From Auanema rhodensis (taxonomy: Eukaryota > Animalia > Nematoda): a DNA stretch of 64,000 bases. The stretch covers positions 3,534,001 through 3,598,000 of the forward strand of contig OZ059900.1 of assembly GCA_964057225.1 (NCBI GenBank), given 5' to 3'. The notes below the pieces were generated by a model. That model saw only the letters and a list, made by a program, of their open reading frames with translations, was not told the DNA's origin and made no database searches. Position 1 is the first letter of the stretch. Every line of letters starts with the position of its first letter. Positions 54,401-64,000 of this stretch are shown here, one piece after another. A program made the position numbers and the translations under genes.

Positions 54401-57400
54401 CTATGCTTTTGATCATATAAATGAGCGATTTAGCCAAATTAGACTCAAAACTCGGAAATTTCAAAAATTCTTTCTATTTTCGACCTTTTTTGATCAAAAT
54501 GAATATATATCAGTGCAAACTCATAAAAATAGACTGATTTTGTGTATTGTATGTTTGATTCTCAAATCTTAAAGAATATGATCGAAATTTACGAGTATTA
54601 CAGATTTTGTACCAAAAATCGGTGAGTATATGGTGTTAAAGGCATAAAAACGACCATACATAGTGTAGTAATGCTATTTGAGTGAAATTCAGTGATTAAA
54701 TCATTATTAGTGTATATTTGAAGACTTTTGTTATCATAGACAGTAAAACTATGCTTTTGATCATATATATGAGCGATTTAGCCCAATTCGACTCAAAACT
54801 CGGAAAATTCAAAAATTCTTTCTATTTTCGACCTTTTTTGATCAAAATGAATATATATCAGTGCAAACTCATAAAAATAGACTGATTTTGTTTATTGTGT
54901 GTTTGATTTTCAAATCTTAACGAATATGATCAAAATTTACGAGTATTACAGATTTTGTACCAAAAATCGGTGAGTATATGGTGTTAAAGGCATAAAAACG
55001 ACCATACTTAGTGTAGTAATGCTATTTGAGCGAAATTCAGTATTTAAACATCACTAGCGTTTAATTGATGACTTTTGTTGTCATAGACATTAAAACTATG
55101 CTTTTGATCATATAAATGAGCGATTTAGCCAAATTAGACTCAAAACTCGGAAATTTCAAAAATTCTTTCTATTTTCGACCTTTTTTGATCAAAATGAATA
55201 AATATCAGTGCAAACTCGTAAAAATAAACTTATTTCGTGTATTGTGTGTTTGATTCTCGAATCTCACCGAATATGATCAAAATTTACGAGTATCACAGAT
55301 TTTGTACCAAAAATCGGTGAGTATATGGTGTTAAAGGCATAAAAACGACCATACTTAGTGTAGTAATGCTATTAGAGCGAAATTCAGTATTTAAACATCA
55401 CTAGCGTTTAATTGATGACTTTTGTTGTCATAGACATTAAAACTATGCTTTTGATCATATAAATGAGCGATTTAGCCAAATTAGACTCAAAACTCGGAAA
55501 TTTCAAAAATTCTTTCTATTTTCGACCTTTTTTGATCAAAATGAATATATATCAGTGCAAACTCATAAAAATAGACTGATTTTGTGTATTGTATGTTTGA
55601 TTCTCAAATCTTAAAGAATATGATCGAAATTTACGAGTATTACAGATTTTGTACCAAAAATCGGTGAGTATATGGTGTTAAAGGCATAAAAACGACCATA
55701 CATAGTGTAGTAATGCTATTTGAGTGAAATTCAGTGATTAAATCATTATTAGTGTATATTTGAAGACTTTTGTTATCATAGACAGTAAAACTATGCTTTT
55801 GATCATATATATGAGCGATTTAGCCCAATTCGACTCAAAACTCGGAAAATTCAAAAATTCTTTCTATTTTCGACCTTTTTTGATGAAAATGAATATATAT
55901 CAGTGTAAACTCATAAAAATAGACTGATTTTGTGTATTGTATGTTTGATTCTCAAATCTTAACGAATATGATCGAAATTTACGAGTATTACAGATTTTGT
56001 ACCAAAAATCGGTGAGTATATGGTGTTAAAGGCATAAAAACGACCATACTTAGTGTAGTAATGCTATTTGAGCGAAATTCAGTATTTAAACATCACTAGC
56101 GTTTAATTGATGACTTTTGTTGTCATAGACATTAAAACTATGCTTTTGATCATATAAATGAGCGATTTAGCCAAATTAGACTCAAAACTCGGAAATTTCA
56201 AAAATTCTTTCTATTTTCGACCTTTTTTGATCAAAATGAATATATATCAGTGCAAACTCATAAAAATAGACTGATTTTGTGTATTGTATGTTTGATTCTC
56301 AAATCTTAAAGAATATGATCGAAATTTACGAGTATTACAGATTTTGTACCAAAAATCGGTGAGTATATGGTGTTAAAGGCATAAAAACGACCATACTTAG
56401 TGTAGTAATGCTATTTGAGTGAAATTCAGTGATTTAATCATTATTAGTGTATATTTGAAGACTTTTGTTATCATAGACAGTAAAACTATGCTTTTGATCA
56501 TATATATGAGCGATTTAGCCCAATTCGACTCAAAACTCGGAAAATTCAAAAATTCTTTCTATTTTCGACCTTTTTTGATGAAAATGAATATATATCAGTG
56601 TAAACTCATAAAAATAGACTGATTTTGTGTATTGTGTGTTTGATTCTCAAATCTTAACAAATATGATCAAGATTTACGAGTATTACAGATTTTGTACCAA
56701 AAATCGGTGAGTATATGGTGTTAAAGGCATAAAAACGACCATACTTAGTGTAGTAATGCTATTTGAGCGAAAATCAGTATTTAAACATCACTAGCGTTTA
56801 ATTGAAGATTTTTGTTGTCATAGACAATAAAACTATGCTTCTGATCATATATATGAGCGATTTAGCCAAATTAGACTCAAAACTCGGAAATTTCAAAAAT
56901 TCTTTCTATTTTCGACCTTTTTTGATCAAAATGAATAAATATCAGTGCAAACTCATAAAAATAGACTTATTTCGTGTATTATGTGTTTGTTTCTCGAATC
57001 TTAACGAATATGATCAAAATTTACAAGTATTACAGATTTTGTACCAAAAATCGGTGAGTATATGGTGTTAAAGGCATAAAAACGACCATACTTAGTGTAG
57101 TAATGCATTTGAGTGAAATTCAGTGATTTACACATTATTAGTGTATATTTGAAGACTTTTGTTATCATAGACAGTAAAACTATGCTTTTGATCATATATA
57201 TGAGCGATTTAGCCCCATTGGACTCAAAACTCGGAAAATTCAAAAATTCTTCTATTTTCGACCTTTTTTGATCAAAATGAATATATATCAGTGCAAACTC
57301 ATAAAAATAGACTGATTTTGTTTATTGTGTGTTTGATTTTCAAATCTTAACGAATATGATCAAAATTTACGAGTATTACAGATTTTGTACCAAAAATCGG

Positions 57401-60400
57401 TGAGTATATGGTGTTAAAGGCATAAAAACGACCATACTTAGTGTAGTAATGCTATTTGAGCGAAATTCAGTATTTAAACATCACTAGCGTTTAATTGATG
57501 ACTTTTGTTGTCATAGACATTAAAACTATGCTTTTGATCATATAAATGAGCGATTTAGCCAAATTAGACTCAAAACTCGGAAATTTCAAAAATTCTTTCT
57601 ATTTTCGACCTTTTTTGATCAAAATGAATATATATCAGTGCAAACTCATAAAAATAGACTGATTTTGTGTATTGTATGTTTGATTCTCAAATCTTAAAGA
57701 ATATGATCGAAATTTACGAGTATTACAGATTTTGTACCAAAAATCGGTGAGTATATGGTGTTAAAGGCATAAAAACGACCATACATAGTGTAGTAATGCT
57801 ATTTGAGTGAAATTCAGTGATTAAATCATTATTAGTGTATATTTGAAGACTTTTGTTATCATAGACAGTAAAACTATGCTTTTGATCATATATATGAGCG
57901 ATTTAGCCCAATTCGACTCAAAACTCGGAAAATTCAAAAATTCTTTCTATTTTCGACCTTTTTTGATCAAAATGAATATATATCAGTGCAAACTCATAAA
58001 AATAGACTGATTTTGTTTATTGTGTGTTTGATTTTCAAATCTTAACGAATATGATCAAAATTTACGAGTATTACAGATTTTGTACCAAAAATCGGTGAGT
58101 ATATGGTGTTAAAGGCATAAAAACGACCATACTTAGTGTAGTAATGCTATTTGAGCGAAATTCAGTATTTAAACATCACTAGCGTTTAATTGATGACTTT
58201 TGTTGTCATAGACATTAAAACTATGCTTTTGATCATATAAATGAGCGATTTAGCCAAATTAGACTCAAAACTCGGAAATTTCAAAAATTCTTTCTATTTT
58301 CGACCTTTTTTGATCAAAATGAATAAATATCAGTGCAAACTCGTAAAAATAAACTTATTTCGTGTATTGTGTGTTTCATTCTCGAATCTCACCGAATATG
58401 ATCAAAATTTACGAGTATCACAGATTTTGTACCAAAAATCGGTGAGTATATGGTGTTAAAGGCATAAAAACGACCATACTTAGTGTAGTAATGCTATTAG
58501 AGCGAAATTCAGTATTTAAACATCACTAGCGTTTAATTGATGACTTTTGTTGTCATAGACATTAAAACTATGCTTTTGATCATATAAATGAGCGATTTAG
58601 CCAAATTAGACTCAAAACTCGGAAATTTCAAAAATTCTTTCTATTTTCGACCTTTTTTGATCAAAATGAATATATATCAGTGCAAACTCATAAAAATAGA
58701 CTGATTTTGTGTATTGTATGTTTGATTCTCAAATCTTAAAGAATATGATCGAAATTTACGAGTATTACAGATTTTGTACCAAAAATCGGTGAGTATATGG
58801 TGTTAAAGGCATAAAAACGACCATACATAGTGTAGTAATGCTATTTGAGTGAAATTCAGTGATTAAATCATTATTAGTGTATATTTGAAGACTTTTGTTA
58901 TCATAGACAGTAAAACTATGCTTTTGATCATATATATGAGCGATTTAGCCCAATTCGACTCAAAACTCGGAAAATTCAAAAATTCTTTCTATTTTCGACC
59001 TTTTTTGATCAAAATGAATATATATCAGTGCAAACTCATAAAAATAGACTGATTTTGTTTATTGTGTGTTTGATTTTCAAATCTTAACGAATATGATCAA
59101 AATTTACGAGTATTACAGATTTTGTACCAAAAATCGGTGAGTATATGGTGTTAAAGGCATAAAAACGACCATACTTAGTGTAGTAATGCTATTTGAGCGA
59201 AATTCAGTATTTAAACATCACTAGCGTTTAATTGATGACTTTTGTTGTCATAGACATTAAAACTATGCTTTTGATCATATAAATGAGCGATTTAGCCAAA
59301 TTAGACTCAAAACTCGGAAATTTCAAAAATTCTTTCTATTTTCGACCTTTTTTGATCAAAATGAATATATATCAGTGCAAACTCATAAAAATAGACTGAT
59401 TTTGTGTATTGTATGTTTGATTCTCAAATCTTAAAGAATATGATCGAAATTTACGAGTATTACAGATTTTGTACCAAAAATCGGTGAGTATATGGTGTTA
59501 AAGGCATAAAAACGACCATACATAGTGTAGTAATGCTATTTGAGTGAAATTCAGTGATTAAATCATTATTAGTGTATATTTGAAGACTTTTGTTATCATA
59601 GACAGTAAAACTATGCTTTTGATCATATATATGAGCGATTTAGCCCAATTCGACTCAAAACTCGGAAAATTCAAAAATTCTTTCTATTTTCGACCTTTTT
59701 TGATCAAAATGAATATATATCAGTGCAAACTCATAAAAATAGACTGATTTTGTTTATTGTGTGTTTGATTTTCAAATCTTAACGAATATGATCAAAATTT
59801 ACGAGTATTACAGATTTTGTACCAAAAATCGGTGAGTATATGGTGTTAAAGGCATAAAAACGACCATACTTAGTGTAGTAATGCTATTTGAGCGAAATTC
59901 AGTATTTAAACATCACTAGCGTTTAATTGATGACTTTTGTTGTCATAGACATTAAAACTATGCTTTTGATCATATAAATGAGCGATTTAGCCAAATTAGA
60001 CTCAAAACTCGGAAATTTCAAAAATTCTTTCTATTTTCGACCTTTTTTGATCAAAATGAATAAATATCAGTGCAAACTCGTAAAAATAAACTTATTTCGT
60101 GTATTGTGTGTTTGATTCTCGAATCTCACCGAATATGATCAAAATTTACGAGTATCACAGATTTTGTACCAAAAATCGGTGAGTATATGGTGTTAAAGGC
60201 ATAAAAACGACCATACTTAGTGTAGTAATGCTATTAGAGCGAAATTCAGTATTTAAACATCACTAGCGTTTAATTGATGACTTTTGTTGTCATAGACATT
60301 AAAACTATGCTTTTGATCATATAAATGAGCGATTTAGCCAAATTAGACTCAAAACTCGGAAATTTCAAAAATTCTTTCTATTTTCGACCTTTTTTGATCA

Positions 60401-60500
60401 AAATGAATAAATATCAGTGCAAACTCGTAAAATCAAACTTATTTCGTGTATTGTATGTTTGATTCTCAAATCTTAAAGAATATGATCGAAATTTACGAGT
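33500..60500 (+). repeat. Interspersed runs of a 1042-bp 3-mer HOR (A-B-A), longest run ~45.3-49.7 kb
   Basis: The marker gctattAgag lies at 34547 and 35589 (1042 = 347+348+347) and again near 42530, 46348, 48085, 49127, 55374, 58499 and 60236. It travels with cttaaAgaat and cccaattCgac monomers. Confidence 0.85.
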
Positions 60501-63500
60501 ATTACAGATTTTGTACCAAAAATCGGTGAGTATATGGTGTTAAAGGCATAAAAACGACCATACTTAGTGTAGTAATGCTATTTGAGTGAAATTCAGTGAT
60601 TTAATCATTATTAGTGTATATTTGAAGACTTTTGTTATCATAGACAGTAAAACTATGCTTTTGATCATATATATGAGCGATTTAGCCCAATTCGACTCAA
60701 AACTCGGAAAATTCAAAAATTCTTTCTATTTTCGACCTTTTTTGATGAAAATGAATATATATCAGTGTAAACTCATAAAAATAGACTGATTTTGTGTATT
60801 GTGTGTTTGATTCTCAAATCTTAACAAATATGATCAAATTTTACGAGTATTACAGATTTTGTACCAAAAATCGGTGAGTATATGGTGTTAAAGGCATAAA
60901 AACGACCATACTTAGTGTAGTAATGCTATTTGAGCGAAAATCAGTATTTAAACATCACTAGCGTTTAATTGAAGATTTTTGTTGTCATAGACAATAAAAC
61001 TATGCTTCTGATCATATATATGAGCGATTTAGCCAAATTAGACTCAAAACTCGGAAATTTCAAAAATTCTTTCTATTTTCGACCTTTTTTGATCAAAATG
61101 AATAAATATCAGTGCAAACTCATAAAAATAGACTTATTTCGTGTATTATGTGTTTGTTTCTCGAATCTTAACGAATATGATCAAAATTTACAAGTATTAC
61201 AGATTTTGTACCAAAAATCGGTGAGTATATGGTGTTAAAGGCATAAAAACGACCATACTTAGTGTAGTAATGCATTTGAGTGAAATTCAGTGATTTACAC
61301 ATTATTAGTGTATATTTGAAGACTTTTGTTATCATAGACAGTAAAACTATGCTTTTGATCATATATATGAGCGATTTAGCCCCATTGGACTCAAAACTCG
61401 GAAAATTCAAAAATTCTTCTATTTTCGACCTTTTTTGATCAAAATGAATATATATCAGTGCAAACTCATAAAAATAGACTGATTTTGTTTATTGTGTGTT
61501 TGATTTTCAAATCTTAACGAATATGATCAAAATTTACGAGTATTACAGATTTTGTACCAAAAATCGGTGAGTATATGGTGTTAAAGGCATAAAAACGACC
61601 ATACTTAGTGTAGTAATGCTATTTGAGCGAAAATCAGTATTTAAACATCACTAGCGTTTAATTGATGATTTTTGTTGTCATAGACAATAAAACTATGCTT
61701 CTGATCATATAAATGAGCGATTTAGCCAAATTAGACTCAAAACTCGGAAATTTCAAAAATTCTTTCTATTTTCGACCTTTTTTGATCAAAATGAATATAT
61801 ATCAGTGCAAGCTCATAAAAATAGACTGATTTTGTGTATTGTATGTTTGATTCTCAAATCTTAACGAATATGATCGAAATTTACGAGTATTACAGATTTT
61901 GTACCAAAAATCGGTGAGTATATGGTGTTAAAGGCATAAAAACGACCATACTTAGTGTAGTAATGCTATTTGAGCGAAATTCAGTATTTAAACATCACTA
62001 GCGTTTAATTGATGACTTTTGTTGTCATAGACATTAAAACTATGCTTTTGATCATATAAATGAGCGATTTAGCCAAATTAGACTCAAAACTCGGAAATTT
62101 CGAAAATTCTTTCTATTTTCGACCTTTTTTGATCAAAATGAATATATATCAGTGCAAACTCATAAAAATAGACTGATTTTGTGTATTGTATGTTTGATTC
62201 TCAAATCTTAAAGAATATGATCGAAATTTACGAGTATTACAGATTTTGTACCAAAAATCGGTGAGTATATGGTGTTAAAGGCATAAAAACGACCATACAT
62301 AGTGTAGTAATGCTATTTGAGTGAAATTCAGTGATTAAATCATTATTAGTGTATATTTGAAGACTTTTGTTATCATAGACAGTAAAACTATGCTTTTGAT
62401 CATATATATGAGCGATTTAGCCCAATTCGACTCAAAACTCGGAAAATTCAAAAATTCTTTCTATTTTCGACCTTTTTTGATCAAAATGAATATATATCAG
62501 TGCAAACTCATAAAAATAGACTGATTTTGTTTATTGTGTGTTTGATTTTCGAATCTTAACGAATATGATCAAAATTTACGAGTATTACAGATTTTGTACC
62601 AAAAATCGGTGAGTATATGGTGTTAAAGGCATAAAAACGACCATACTTAGTGTAGTAATGCTATTTGAGCGAAATTCAGTATTTAAACATCACTAGCGTT
62701 TAATTGATGACTTTTGTTGTCATAGACATTAAAACTATGCTTTTGATCATATATATGAGCGATTTAGCCAAATTAGACTCAAAACTCGGAAATTTCAAAA
62801 ATTCTTTCTATTTTCGACCTTTTTTGATCAAAATGAATAAATATCAGTGCAAACTCGTAAAAATAGACTGATTTTGTGTATTGTATGTTTGATTCTCAAA
62901 TCTTAACGAATATGATCAAAATTTACGAGTATTACAGATTTTGTACCAAAAATCGGTGAGTATATGGTGTTAAAGGCATAAAAACGACCATACTTAGTGT
63001 AGTAATGCTATTTGAGCGAAATTCAGTATTTAAACATTACTAGCGTTTAATTGATGACTTTTGTTGTTATAGACAATAAAACTATGTTTTTGATCATATA
63101 TATGAGCGATTTAGCCAAATTGGACTCAAAACTCGGAAATTTCAAAAATTCTTTCTATTTTCGACCTTTTTTGATCAAAATGAATAAATATCAGTGCAAA
63201 CTTGTAAAAATAGACTTATTTTGTGTATTATGTGTTTGATTCTCGAATCTTAACAAATATGATCAAAATTTACAAGTATTACAGATTTTGTACCAAAAAT
63301 CGGTGAGTATATGGTGTTAAAGGCATAAAAACGACCATACTTAGTGTAGTAATGCTATTTGAGTGAAATTCAGTGATTTAATCATTATTAGTGTATATTT
63401 GAAGACTTTTGTTATCATAGACAGTAAAACTATGCTTTTGATCATATATATGAGCGATTTAGCATAATTCGACTCAAAACTCGGAAAATTCAAAAATTCT

Positions 63501-64000
63501 TTCTATTTTCGACCTTTTTTGATGAAAATGAATATATATCAGTGTAAACTCATAAAAATAGACTGATTTTGTGTATTGTGTGTTTGATTCTCAAATCTTA
63601 ACAAATATGATCAAATTTTACGAGTATTACAGATTTTGTACCAAAAATCGGTGAGTATATGGTGTTAAAGGCATAAAAACGACCATACTTAGTGTAGTAA
63701 TGCTATTTGAGCGAAAATCAGTATTTAAACATCACTAGCGTTTAATTGAAGATTTTTGTTGTCATAGACAATAAAACTATGCTTCTGATCATATATATGA
63801 GCGATTTAGCCAAATTAGACTCAAAACTCGGAAATTTCAAAAATTCTTTCTATTTTCGACCTTTTTTGATCAAAATGAATAAATATCAGTGCAAACTCAT
63901 AAAAATAGACTTATTTCGTGTATTATGTGTTTGTTTCTCGAATCTTAACGAATATGATCAAAATTTACAAGTATTACAGATTTTGTACCAAAAATCGGTG

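Larger units (their letters stand above)
1..64000. repeat. Tandem satellite DNA array, ~347-bp AT-rich monomer, ~184 head-to-tail copies; runs off both window edges
   Basis: The motif aaaggcataaaaacgac starts at 121, 468, 815, 1162 and 1510 (periods 347, 347, 347, 348) and keeps this period to the end of the window. I saw no unique sequence and no inversion. Identical short ORFs recur at multiples of ~347 bp. Confidence 0.99.

Noticed and set aside
894-63239. About 75 short ORFs (62-101 aa) on both strands, e.g. MMTFVVIDNKTMFLII..., MKFSDLHIISV..., MNFPSFESN...
   Set aside because: All are translations of the same monomer. They open and close with single substitutions and 1-bp indels, many use TTG or GTG starts, and they show no recognisable domain or frame preservation. 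They are not supported as CDS.
1-64000. CRISPR array or other repeat-spacer system
   Set aside because: There are no unique spacers; the entire 347 bp is repeated, and there are no cas-like ORFs.
1-64000. 5S rDNA, tRNA or snRNA tandem gene array (the unit length would fit 5S)
   Set aside because: There is no GC-rich ~120-nt 5S-like sequence, cloverleaf or recognisable snRNA sequence on either strand; the monomer is uniformly AT-rich.
1-64000. Transposon or MITE insertion, strand inversion, or telomeric repeats within the array
   Set aside because: The monomer register is maintained throughout except for the +35-bp event at ~25.75 kb. I saw no foreign sequence, reverse-complement monomer or telomere-type tract.
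1-64000. Assignment to a named ~350-bp satellite (e.g. Drosophila 359-bp, Tribolium or cucurbit satellites)
   Set aside because: Only length and AT-richness are similar. I cannot verify sequence identity without a database search.

Overview
The whole 64-kb window is one uninterrupted head-to-tail tandem array of an AT-rich monomer of about 347 bp (about 184 copies, all in the same orientation; about 29% GC by hand count over 481-840). It is best read as eukaryotic satellite DNA, possibly centromeric or pericentromeric. I do not recognise the family or the organism. I found no credible gene, RNA gene, transposon or CRISPR array; the ORF track is repeated translations of the monomer and is useful only as a map of monomer variants. 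The interesting structure is internal. (1) The monomer is a diverged dimer of about 169 + 178 bp subunits. (2) Two monomer classes (A, 347 bp; B, 348 bp, with 346/345-bp deletion derivatives) recombine into mosaics. (3) Local higher-order repeats (HORs) change along the array: 1040/1039-bp 3-mers, a 1388-bp 4-mer and a 1042-bp 3-mer. (4) Multi-kb blocks recur at offsets of 3470, 7289, 11788, 11804, 13538 and 20827 bp. (5) A seam at about 25.1-28.7 kb holds the only large indel (a 33-bp tandem duplication), six consecutive B monomers and a cluster of rare mutations, and it separates two haplotype domains. (6) Polymorphism is concentrated at CpG sites. All comparisons were made by eye, so block boundaries are approximate.
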